Assembly: GCA_002245135.1 (NCBI GenBank)
Contig: NGBS01000299.1
Location: 124,001 to 188,000 of the forward strand
DNA: 64,000 nucleotides
Direction: 5' to 3'
DNA from: Proteromonas lacertae
Lineage: Eukaryota
This document shows, in pieces, positions 42,301 through 54,500 of the stretch. Under the pieces are notes generated by a model. That model searched no databases. It was given only the letters and a program-made list of their open reading frames with translations, and was not told the origin of the DNA. Every line of letters starts with the position of its first letter. Positions within the stretch are counted from its first letter, which is position 1. A program made the position numbers and the translations under genes.

Positions 42301-43916
42301 AGATGAAAATGGATGGAAAAGAAAGTGATATATCAATACTAGAAAAGTCACCAGATGATTTATATCCAATTAATCCAGCAAAAGAAGATAATAAGAGTAA
42401 AGAAATATCATTAAAAGATCATCCAATGTATATATATATATATATATATATATTATTATAGTTATGGTAAATATTTCAAAATGATTTCAATCGGAATGCC
42501 AATCCAAGTGGTAGAACATAAGATGAAAATGGATGGAAAAGAGAATGAAATATTCATTTTATCAAAATCTCCTAATGATTTATATCCTATTGATATTACA
42601 CAAACACAAACAAATGGTAATAATGAATCATCTCCAGTGAAAAAGGCTCAAATGAGACCAAAAGTAAGATCGAGAAAGATATTTTGGAATGAAATAAATA
42701 ACACAAATCTTGAAGTATAATAATATTCATTTATTATTATAATATTGTTATATAGAATTCCTTATGGAATAGTAAAATGTCAGATATATCAGTGGATAAT
42801 AGTGAAATTGAAGAATTATTCACTTTAAAAGAAACATCATCTCCAGAGTTAAGTCATTCTAAAGCAAAATCACCAGATATTGTATATTTATTCGTTTTTT
42901 CATATGTTTCAAAAATAGATTCGTTTAATAACAGATTCTAGGCGTTCAACTAATGTTAGTATAAAAGCAAAAAAGTTAAAAATATCACCATCAATAATAA
43001 GAGATTCAATAATTAATTTAAATAATTTAAACAGTAATAATATAAACATAGAACAATGGGAAATAATAGGATCAATACTTCCAACAAAAGAAGAAATGGA
43101 AATAATGAACAAATTTGGTGGAGATAAAAGTAGATTAGGTGAAACGGAAAGTTTTTTTATACAATTCATCAATATAGAAAGATTATCTCAAAGATATAAA
43201 TGTCTATTTATCAGTCTGATTTCAGAGATAAAACTGAATGATATTAAGCAACATATTGATGAAATCACTAAAGGGTGTAGTTTATTGATGAATTGCAGTG
43301 AGTTTCACAATATATTGAATATTATATTAGAAGTGGGTAATAAGTTAAATACAATAAGTTCAATGAAAGAAATAAAAGGATTTTCGATTTTATCACTTGA
43401 AAATTTTGTCAATACAAAGTCATTTAAAGGAAATATCACTTTATTACATTATATTGCGAAATTAATAAATGATACAAAACCAGAACTGTTTAAATGTATT
43501 GAAAGTTTGGATATTTTAAGAAATATATCAAAAATATCAATTGATTTGATATACAGTGAAGAAAAAGAATTCAATGAGAATAAAAATGTTGTTAAAACGG
43601 AGTATAATTATTGGGAAGGAAGGAATGCTGATTTAGCACTTAAATTAGATGAGATTTATCAACACTTACAACAATATAGTGATGATATTCATAATTTAGT
43701 ATATAAGTTCCACTAATATTTCTATAGATTAAATGTATGAATGAAAAGTTTGAAAATATGCTGATTTTCTTTGGTGAAGATGTAAATGGAGGGATTAAAC
43801 CAGAAGCTTATTTCTTGCAAGTTTCCAATTTCATATCACTGCTTAGTAAAGCACGTAATGAATGTCATCATATTAAAACAAGAATAACTCCTTTAAATTC
43901 ACCAAATCCTACATAA
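39317..43916 (+). CDS. Formin: N-terminal PTEN-like/C2 region, PHD finger, four HPxYxKYFKM repeats, FH2 domain
   Basis: PTEN-like (YLIWNLS, CYSLEYWLSSNPQNVAVLH, IFRYLFHSG) and FH2 (RKIFWNEI, ILEVGNKLN, IKGFSILSL, TLLHYI) motifs, joined by canonical introns. Confidence 0.88.
42187..42590 (+). repeat. Internal tandem duplication (~225-nt period) of an exon-intron unit in the formin
   Basis: Two near-identical copies of CATCCAATG-(TA)n intron-GTTATGGTAAATA...GTGGTAGAACATAAGATGAAAATGGATGGAAAAGA. Confidence 0.85.
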
Positions 43917-44231
43917 TCATATTTAATTCGTTAGTTGAAATTGTATTAAATAGTTAATTGCAATTTAAATTATTTTAAACATTTCATTTTATTTGTACTT
44001 TTGCTGTAAAATAACTTAGATTCATTACAAACTTAGAAGTGTTGGTTCCATTCATTAGCAACATTGTTGATTCTGTTTCAACTTTTTAAGTACAAAAATC
44101 TAATATCATAACAATAAAAAGACAAAACTAATCATACGAAAAAAAACGCTCCAAAAAAATCATATTTGTTCGTTTCATAAAGTGTAACTTATTTTTTAAA
44201 GGTTATTTTGTAATAACTCTATGATAGGTTA

Positions 44232-46745
44232 ATGGGATCCTTTGTTTCTAAACATGTCCCTGTAAAGGAACCTCCTCCTGTGGAGAGTCCTAAGAAGCAT
44301 AGAAAGGCTTCAATGAATCCTTCTGAAGCAGAAGGAGTTGTAGGTCTGAGAAATAAATTGGTAAGACATAATATGTGCACAGATATATGGGAGGTATATG
44401 CCCCAGGAAAGGTACTGGGTGAAGGAATGACAGGATGTGTGATGGAAGTGACAAAAAGATCAACATATAAAGTGTATTTTTTTTTTTTTAATTTATTTAT
44501 GCAATAGATATGCTATGAAGCAGATGAAGAAGAATAGGTTTGAATCTGGAGATATAAATGGTTTATTAAATGAAATAGATTTGTTAAAACAACTAGATCA
44601 TCCTAATTGCATAAAACTTTACGAGACTTATGAAGACAACAGGAAAATCTATTTAATTATGGAAGTATGAATATTTATATAATATAATAGGAATGTACTG
44701 GTGGAGAATTGTTCGATCATTTATCCAAACAAACAGGAAAGAAATTTTCCGAAGATATAGCAGCACAATTAGTAACACAGATGTTGAAAGCCATAGCATA
44801 CTGTCACAGCAAAGGAATTTGTCATAGAGACTTAAAACTAGAAAATTTTGTCTTCGAGTCAAACGAACCAGATGCTCAATTAAAATTAATAGATTTCGGT
44901 CTAAGTTGTAAATATGCAGCAGCATTAAAACACCGTCACCATAACAAAGGAGAATTACAGCGAATGCAAAGTGTAGTAGGCACACCATATTATATTGCTC
45001 CAGAAGTGTTAAAAGGCGAAGGTTATGGTATAGAATGTGACATGTGGAGTATGGGTGTAATAACATACATATTACTAACGGGTAAACCGCCATTTAACGA
45101 TATAACTGATCATGGAATAATGACTAAAGTGATGAGAGGGAAATACGATTTATCCGCTGCTAAATTTTATGGTTGTACGAAATATTCTAGAGATTTTATA
45201 TATCACTTAATGCAAGTAAAACCTAAAGATAGAATGACAGCAATGGAAGCATTGCAACATAAATGGATAAGACATTCACAACATAAGAAGGAAAGGAAAG
45301 AAGGAAAGAAAGCAATAACATTGAGTAAAGATATAATGAATAGTTTATTATCATTTGATAAGTATAGTAAATTTAAACAGACTGCTTTAGAAACAATAGC
45401 ATTTTCAATGAGTTTTAATGAATTAAAAGAACTACGAAATGCATTCCAAGCGATGGATTTAGATGGTAATGGTATAATCACATTAGAAGAATTTCAATTA
45501 GCATTTGAAAAGAATGGAGTTCATGATACTAATTTAGTAAAATTATTCAACTCGATTGATACAAATCAAACAGGTTCGCTATCATATTCTGAGTTTCTAG
45601 CAGCTACAATGAGAAGAAAAATGTTTTTAGATGAAGAAAGATTAATAGAAGCATTTGATCGTTTAGATGTAGATGGAAATGGTTATTTAGAAATTGATGA
45701 TTTTAAAAGACTAATGGGTGAAGAGTTCCAGCAAGAGGAAGTGGAAGAAATGATAAGAAGTGCTGATAAGAATGTAGATGGAAGAATTGATTTTGATGAA
45801 TTCATGCAGATGATGAGAGATGCTTATCAACGTACGATTAAGAGAACTCTTAATCAAGAAGAGATTGAAGGATATAGTGCTGTATTAGGAATGGACGGTA
45901 AATCACCTCTACCTGATGATACTAAACCTGCTGCTACAAATGCAACAACTGGTAAAACTACTACTACAACTGGTGATACAGTAACTCCTGGTACAGTTGA
46001 TACTACAACTACAACTACAACTACAGTTGATCCATTAATATCACCTAAATCATTAGCTATAAAGAATAGCAATATAAATAGAAACGGTAAATTAGAACCA
46101 TTAAAAACTAAGAATAATGATGAATTGCCATTAATAAAGAAATTATCAAAGAATAAAATAGTTCCACAACCTCCTACTACTTCTCATAATATTAATACAG
46201 ATAAACAACAACAACAACAACAACAACAATTGAATAATAGTAATAATAATTCAATAACTCCTTTAGAACCACTCAATCCTAATCTATTATTAAACAAATC
46301 ATCTATTAACAAAAAGAAATCTGTTTCTCTTACTGGTGTATCTAGTAATACTTCTATACCTAAAGATAATACTGTAAAGAGTGATGAAGCTGTAGATATT
46401 ACAGTTAAACCATTAGTAGTACATCCTCCTCATTTACCTCCAATCAAAAGCAACATACCACAACAACAATCTTCACCTCATTTATTGAAAGCTGGTAATA
46501 CAACTAGCGCTACTAATTATAGCAGTACTAGTAAAGATGATATGCGTATTAGAGAAAGACCAGCTAGTGTTGGAATACCTGAAGAAATGATTACACCAAA
46601 TTCTACAGGTAGACAGTTTTTGTATAATGATACAGGTATAGGTATTGAGATGGATGGTTCTGTTGATATAAATATTGGTGGAAATATTGTTGCACTTGAG
46701 AAGACTCCGCCAATTGATGATAATGGTGTTGTTGAACAGAATTAA
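44232..46745 (+). CDS. Calcium-dependent protein kinase (CDPK) with a long low-complexity C-terminal extension
   Basis: MG start; LGEGMTG, HRDLKLEN, DFG, GTPYYIAPE; four EF-hand loops (DLDGNG, DTNQTG, DVDGNG, DKNVDG); two introns. Confidence 0.95.
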
Positions 46746-46912
46746 TCAAAGCATACACTGTTAGAATCTTATTTATTTAAATCTAGCCCTAACTTATATA
46801 AATACATAATTGAATATTATAGTTTATTATGTTGTTTCTTGATCTATTTCTACAGAAAATTCTTGTGTAAAGAAGGAGGTTTGTGCTAAGGCTTGAGTGA
46901 AATTAAAAAAAA

Positions 46913-48562
46913 ATGAATAAAACTCCCATAGGAATTGATCTCGGTACTACATTCTCATGCTGTGGAGTATATAAATCAGATAAAGTAGATATAATAGCAT
47001 ATAATAGCGGAAAAAGGACTATACCTTCAGCTGTGTATTATAACCCAGAAACAGATGAAATTGTTGTTGGTAGTGGTGCAAAAGATGATGCATCGAAAAG
47101 TTTAAAGGTTATTTATGACTCAAAGAGATTAATCGGCAGAAGTTTTGATGATCCTGTTGTTCAGAACGATATGAAACATTGGCCTTTTAAGGTAATCAAC
47201 TGTGATGGTGTTCCTAAAATTGAAACTACATATAATAATGCTACTGTAAAATTGTCAGCAAGTGATGTATCTTCAGAGATTTTGAAATGGATCAAGAAAC
47301 AAACTGATACATTCATAGATGAACACAAAGAAAATAGAAAAACAAAAGCAGTTATAACAGTTCCAGCATATTTTGATAATGAACAAAGAAAAGAAACAAA
47401 AGAAGCTGCAGAAAAAGCTAACTTGGAGGTAATTCAAATATTAAATGAACCAACAGCAGCAGCAATAGCATATGCCTATCAGAAAATGGGGAAGAATTTA
47501 AAAGAATTATCGAGGATGGGTGAAGATATATTTCTAATTTATGATTTTGGTGGTGGAACTTTTGATGTTTCAATTATCAAAGTATTCTATGATTTGAAAT
47601 TCATTCAAGTGCTAGCAACTGATGGAGATAGTCATTTGGGAGGAGAAGATATTGATCAAAGATTAATAGATTATTATTTAAAGAAATATAAAGAGATTAA
47701 TGGAACTGATTTTTTACCAAGTAGTAAATCTCATCCTGATTATGATAAATTAATGAAAAAGGTGATGAGGTTGAAAGTGTTAGTTGAAAGTGCAAAAATG
47801 ACTCTAAGTGATTCGCTTGAAACAACAGTAGATTGGTCAGTATTTGAAGATGAAGATGATAGTGTAAAGAAATTGACAAGAGCAAATTTTGATGCAATTT
47901 GTGAATTAGGTCAATTCTTTACTCCTGAAGAAATCAGTGAAAGGAAATATAAGAAGATATATAGCAGTACAATGGACTTAGTAGATAAAACCATTAAAGC
48001 TGCAAATTTAGAACATAAAGATATTGATAGAGTGATATTGGTTGGAGGATCTAGTAAAATAGTAAAAATTAGTGAATTATTAAGAAAGAAATTCCCAAAA
48101 GAGACTGTAATATCTAAAGATATAAATCCAGATGAAGTTGTAGCTCATGGTGCTACTCTCTTTGCTAATATTGAAGGTTTAAAATTTGCTGTTTCTGATG
48201 TTATTTCTCATAACATCTATACTAATATATTTGAAAATGGAAAAGATGATTTTGATTTAATTATTCCAAAGAACACATCACTTCCCCATCAATCTCTACA
48301 TCCTAAAACATATGGTACTTTTGAAGATAAACAAGGGTTTATGTACTTTGATATTTATGAAGGAGATGAGAATGGTAAGAAGAAATTAGAAAGTAAAAAG
48401 TTGGATTTGAAAGTTGATCATAAAGATAACAAAGCTGGAATGTACTATGTATCTTGTATATTTAATGTGGATAAAAGTGGGATTTTAACTGTTGAAGCTA
48501 CAGATTTACAAACAAATGAAACAACAACACTTTCTGTTCAACTCGCAGTAAGAAGTTTATAA
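46913..48562 (+). CDS. Divergent Hsp70 (549 aa), intronless, lacking the helical lid and EEVD
   Basis: GIDLGTTFS, TVPAYF, NEPTAAAIAY, YDFGGGTFDVS, HLGGEDID, LVGGSSKI, NPDEVVAHGA; ends just after the SBD-beta FNVDKSGILTVEA. Confidence 0.92.
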   Translation: MNKTPIGIDLGTTFSCCGVYKSDKVDIIAYNSGKRTIPSAVYYNPETDEIVVGSGAKDDASKSLKVIYDSKRLIGRSFDDPVVQNDMKHWPFKVINCDGVPKIETTYNNATVKLSASDVSSEILKWIKKQTDTFIDEHKENRKTKAVITVPAYFDNEQRKETKEAAEKANLEVIQILNEPTAAAIAYAYQKMGKNLKELSRMGEDIFLIYDFGGGTFDVSIIKVFYDLKFIQVLATDGDSHLGGEDIDQRLIDYYLKKYKEINGTDFLPSSKSHPDYDKLMKKVMRLKVLVESAKMTLSDSLETTVDWSVFEDEDDSVKKLTRANFDAICELGQFFTPEEISERKYKKIYSSTMDLVDKTIKAANLEHKDIDRVILVGGSSKIVKISELLRKKFPKETVISKDINPDEVVAHGATLFANIEGLKFAVSDVISHNIYTNIFENGKDDFDLIIPKNTSLPHQSLHPKTYGTFEDKQGFMYFDIYEGDENGKKKLESKKLDLKVDHKDNKAGMYYVSCIFNVDKSGILTVEATDLQTNETTTLSVQLAVRSL

Positions 48563-48623
48563 ATTATTTCTTTATATTTTTATTTCTTTATATTCTAGAA
48601 TTTAAAAACTCAACAATAAAAAA

Positions 48624-49933
48624 TCAAATTAATATATTCGGATTAATATTCATATCTAAACTACTTCTTCTACTCATACTTTTTCTTGATATTTCATTAA
48701 ACGAATTAAGTGTACTCAATATCAAATCTCTTTTTCTTAAAGATTTCTCTAATTCAGAACATTTTTTTATACTTGAGTTATAATCTTTCATCAAAGAATC
48801 ATATTTCTTTTCAGCTTCCAGTTTCTATTCATAATAATAATCAATATAATTCAATACTTGTCCATTTATATCTGTTAGTTTCTGTGAAAATTCAATATTC
48901 AAACTACAAACAGCATTATACTTCTCCAACAATGTAGCATATTCTTCATCCAGATTCTTTTTCTATTAATACAATATATATATATTTTAACCATAATGAT
49001 ACATCAACTAACAGTTTATTATATTTCTCTTGTAGTTCTTTGTTAGTATCATATTCATCTGCCATTACATCTTCTACTCTTTGAAATTTATGGTATAAAT
49101 CATCTATTACTCCTCCTGTTGATTTATTCTCTACAGATAGTTTATGTAGTTGCATATATAATGATATATTTTCATTTTGCAGAAGTTTTTGTGATTCTCT
49201 TGATTTTTGATATTTTACTATTCACAAAATATAAAGAATTATATAAAATACTTCTAATATTTTCTAATTCATTATTCAATTTACTAATCAACAATTGTTT
49301 CTTCTCATACATCTTGCAATATAAATTATTTTCTTCGATTGATAGTTTGTTACAAAGTTTTTCAAATAATGCATTATCCAATTCTCTAAATACTTCGATC
49401 AGTTTCTCTTTCTCTCTACCATTGTAACATTTAAGGAAGAATAGGATGGTTTCTCTACATTTCATTATTTTTGAGTAATTTATGTCTTGACATTTTTCAT
49501 TTGGAGTATGTAGTGTTTCGTTTAGTCTTATATCAAAATCTTTTGGTAATTTGTAGATTTTATTGTTTTGAGACTCTTTGTTTTTGTCTGGAGAGTTGCA
49601 CGTAAGTAGAGTGCATGTTGAACATCCATGACCATGTAAATTTAGCGAAGAGCTTAAGGGTTTAGCTAATATGTATATTTATAAAATATACGTGATAAAA
49701 ATGAATGAGATTTTGAACATTTACTACTATTAGTATATTCTACTCGCTTAGTCGCTGATTGGGACCTCTTTGGCAGAACTCCTGCAGATCTACAAGAACG
49801 ATATAAACGAGGATGCAGTTTCTTAATAAATAACTGATCATTAATCCTAAAAATATATTAATACACTATACTCTCCTTCATCCAATGTATTAGTGAGCTC
49901 AGTCAGTATAGAATCTGAATGTTGTGATTTCAT
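48624..49933 (-). CDS. Hypothetical coiled-coil protein
   Basis: ATG 49933; five GT-AG introns join the ORF fragments into one frame; E/K/L-rich C-terminal half. Confidence 0.65.
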
Positions 49934-50089
49934 TCACAAATATACTACAACTATACAATTGAATGTCTATATTAAATGAAATAATCTTTTGTAACAACGA
50001 CAAAAAAAAAAGTAGTCAAACAATAATCAAACCAACACATAATAAACAAAAAAGAAATCTAACGAACTATTTAATAATAAGATAATAAA

Positions 50090-51374
50090 TTATTCAACTG
50101 ACTCATTTACTTTCCCAGGAATATTGCTAGTATTATTAAACGATGATCCATCATGTTCATGGAAAGATTTCATAATTTGAGTTAACTTAGATGAATGTTG
50201 AACTTGCAAAGTTGATGTTGATGGCATGGGCTTAATAACAACAGTTTTAGGATTTATAGCTCTAGTTAATGTCCTAGAAACAGAAAAATTAATTGACCTA
50301 TCATCATCTTCATCATTTGTACTGATTTTGCTTGTATATGATGAATTAACTCTTGATCTAGACCTTGTAGGAGTACAAGCATTCTGTGGAGCACGGCCAC
50401 ACATTATTGTAGATGTAGTGGTTGTAATATCACCATTCTTTTTAACATAATCAATCAATGGATTTTCTTTTCGATTGATATTATAATGATATTGAAAAAT
50501 AATCTTATAATATTGTATTAAATTGGCTAATATCTCATTCTTGTGTATAATATCTAACTCATAATCATATTTATAAGGATATGGATCTCTATTGATTAAT
50601 CTCTTTATTTTATTACTACATGATTCACATGGCATTATTCCATTATTCTCAGCTTTGTATGATTCTCTATAGAATATATGTTGTAATCTTCCATGTATCT
50701 CTTTTCTTCTATGTTTTGACTTTATTATTAAGCATTGAATCTCATGGTGTATTTTCTGCCATTTGTATATTGCTATTGGATGTTTCTTTAAGAAGTTTTT
50801 AAATTGTTCAAATGGTAATGGATATTCTGATGCATGTTTCTTTCGAAAGATTTCTAAATATTTTTCGTTGGCTGTATCTGATAACACTGTCATTGCTATT
50901 TCCTATATTATTATATTTATATAATTAATTAATACAAGTGAAATTGAACCTTCATAATTAAATCCATATATTGTAATGATCACTAGTATTAATATCATAT
51001 ATGAAGTAAGTATACACATTATAGATACATCTAAAGGAAGAAAACCAACACAACATATAAATCTGAAAAAATGTTCCCATTCCAATTCCTCTATACATGG
51101 ATATACTGTATATTACTATACTATATGCAACAAAATATCTTTTTATGAAAGTTATATTATCACATTTCACTTTATGACAAAATGATTCATAAGTAATAGA
51201 AATTGCACATCTAAGAGTAATAAATCTATATACCCTTTACAAAACTCTTTATATATATTAAAAACATCACTCACCTCCCTTTCGTTAACTACGCAATTAA
51301 ATAACGACTATTATACAGAAACAGAAACAAGCTATCCTTTTGGATTCTTGAGACAGATATATAGTTGAGGACAT
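50090..51374 (-). CDS. Dispersed, divergent 12th member of the tandem family
   Basis: ATG 51374. Introns at three of the family positions (CF|xN, AY|xE, M|LII). MPCESCSNKIKRLINRDPYPYKYDY corresponds to PxESCxxKxxR...PPPYYxDY. Confidence 0.8.
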
Positions 51375-51488
51375 ATAAATAAATTAGATTAGATGAGTAA
51401 TTCTTACAGACTGAAAAAAAATAAACCATAATTATTGTGTGAAAAATATTTTCATACACCACATTTTCTCAAACATATTTGATTTCAT

Positions 51489-51494
51489 TCGTTT
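51489..51494 (+). promoter_or_regulatory. TCGTTT start-proximal motif (one instance of a recurrent element)
   Basis: Ends 13 nt before the GPCR ATG. The same hexamer or its reverse complement precedes at least 14 start codons in this window. Confidence 0.5.
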
Positions 51495-51507
51495 TTCTAT
51501 TTAAACT

Positions 51508-54500
51508 ATGAATGAGTTTTATATTACATTTATATTGTTTTCCATGCTATTTTATCAATGTGTATGTATAAAAATAGGGTTATTAGAAGATACATCCACA
51601 TCTGGTAGTAATTCAAGAATTACCAACGCATTTACTAAATACAGTGATGCTGCAAAACGGTATAGTGACAATGTAAAGTTTGAAACGTTTCAATATAATT
51701 ACCAAAGTGATGACTTTTCAACTTTATGGAAGAATATCGAAAATAATGTAACTGGTGTTGATGTTATAGTATCGTCATGTAGTTTCCTACTGCATGATAC
51801 TTCCATTGACAAATATTCAATTATTTCTGACTCATCTGTGACTATGTGGTGTGGTATTGAAGATTATTTTTCACTTTGTATTAAAAATATATATTTTTAC
51901 AGTTCAAGTAAAGCTTTCATTTATAGATGTATAATTTTTTTATTATTTTATACATCACTAGTTGCAGAATACCTATTATATTATAAACCAGACCGGAAAT
52001 TACTCATCTTATCAGATGAATCAAGACAATCATCAAGCTATTATAAATACTTTAGAGATGTTGTTAATGCATTAGAACTTGATTCGATAGTTGATAATAT
52101 TACAGTTTCTTTACCAATGACAAGTAGTGAACATAATACAATAATTTCAAAGTTAAGTACAACAGTTGAAGTGGTGGATTTATTATCAGAAGCAAATGCA
52201 AAAACACTGATTTCACTATCAACAACTGGAATTACATTTTATCATTCACCATTATTACCAGAACAAGATAGTCTTGTTGATGCTGCAAATACTCATTATC
52301 ATTTACTATCTGTAATAGACAGTTATGATCTTCCACCATCAAAATTAAAAGATTTGAGAAATATCTTATATCCAGCTGCTTCAAATACTCATTTACATTA
52401 CGATGAAGTTCAATTTACTTCTGTTTTCTATATTGTTTTTCAAATATTTTCTAGAATTAGAAACAGCAATTATCGTGCTATTATTGGATCTTCATTATTA
52501 TTAGAATTCACAACTTATATTGATAAAATAAAAATAATGAATGATTTTCATTTTGATACTGATTATTATATTGGTAAATATGATAGTATTACAGGAAAAT
52601 TAGAATATGAGTATACACAAACTAATAATTGGTATGATGTTTATTACATTTATGGAAAACCGAATATACAATATCAATGTAATTATTATAATGAAATATC
52701 CACTACAACTGGCAAATCAAAATCAACATCTGTAATATTTGTGTTTTTTATTGATTTGACTTACTCTGAAAAAGATATTAATGAAAACATGTATGTATTA
52801 ATGATGATGATGCAAGAAGTGTCGAATATTGTTAGAAATGTATAATATATTTACATTATTTTACAAACTTTATAGGGAAATATTTCATTTTCATCAGATA
52901 TAGTAGTTGAGCCAGCAATAATACCATATAGTCCTGATTCTAGTAAATTACCTGCAATAATTGGGCAATTAGCTGGTTATGTTGTGTCAGGGAGAGCAAG
53001 TGGAGTGTTTGTAATAGTTCCTGGTGAAGATAAGATAAGAATGATTAATGGTATATATACTTTAGTTTATTTATTGTTGTATAGATATTTCAAGCGTTCC
53101 TTTCCCAATATTGATATATCATATTGGTGTAGAAGAAGGAGAAAAATGTAATAGTAAAGTAATATTTGCAGGAACATCATGTGGACAAGAAGCCAAAATA
53201 ATATTAGAAATGCTTAGATCTGAAAAAATGAGTATGGTTTATATAGTCGCATCATTAACACCAGTTTCTCAAACTTGTATGAAAGTGATGGAATTTACAT
53301 TTGCAGAGAATGGAATAGAAGTTGTTGGAAGTATTGATATTCTTGGTGTTAAGAAAGAAGATGGAATTCCTGTAGCACAAGCAATAGAAGGAAGTTTAAA
53401 GGAAGATGATCCATTTTATATTATTAATCTAGCAGAAGGAAAATATTATCCTGCTATAATACATGGACTAGCTACTATAGGTGCAGATTATTATCATACT
53501 ATAAATGCTTTGATTAATGAATATGATATCAAGTCTGTAGATCAAAATGAACTAGATGATAGTGGTATACAATATTTTGTAACTGTCTTTCATAATGGGA
53601 TGAAAGGAAGTTTGATGGACGAAATTAAAGGAGTAGTGACTAGTAGAATTGGTAGAAGTAATGATGTTTTTATTACTTCCAATTTTTTCATTGTTCATAA
53701 TCTGTTTAAATTGTATGTGAAGGCTGTAACCTATTCACAATCAACAGATCCTATATATTATCAAAAGTATAGTTATTCACTTTATGTTATTTCTAGATTT
53801 TTTTACAATTATCCTATTATCAATGAGAATGAAATATATTTGATTTCATCAGCAAATTATGCAGATACACAATTATATATTTTATCTTTTGATGTATATA
53901 TATATATATATATATTATTTCTTATAGTCAAATGGTTATGAACAAGTTCGTGAAAGTAGAGGTGTTTTCCGTTCATCTGCATTTATTAATCGAACTATTC
54001 AATGTAATTTCGTTCAAATTTATTCTGGTATTTATTATATAAATATAGATGTATAGATTTAAATTATGATAACATAAATAAGAATGACGCATATACAGTG
54101 ATTGTGTTATTTAATCCATTTGATAATTCTCATGCTAGTTATATTATTGATTTTGAGTTTATTTTTCAGATTATTAATGAGTTGAAGATAAACGGAAGAT
54201 CTCTTTTAATCAGGTATTACACAGTGAATGAAACAGATGAGGAAACATATATAGATGCTATTGAAAACTCATATGAAGAGTATGGTGATGATTTGTTATG
54301 TTTTATTACATCTTTATCATATCTTTTTTATTATTTTATTTGATTGGTATTGTAGATTTCTTAATTACATTGTAAAGCAGAAATGGCTGCATCATTCGCA
54401 TTTGTATTAGAAGATATTGACAGATTGTTACTTATTCCACCACAAGTTGAAGAAGCAATTTGTTTAAAGAATATTATTGTGGTATAAGTACAATATTTTA

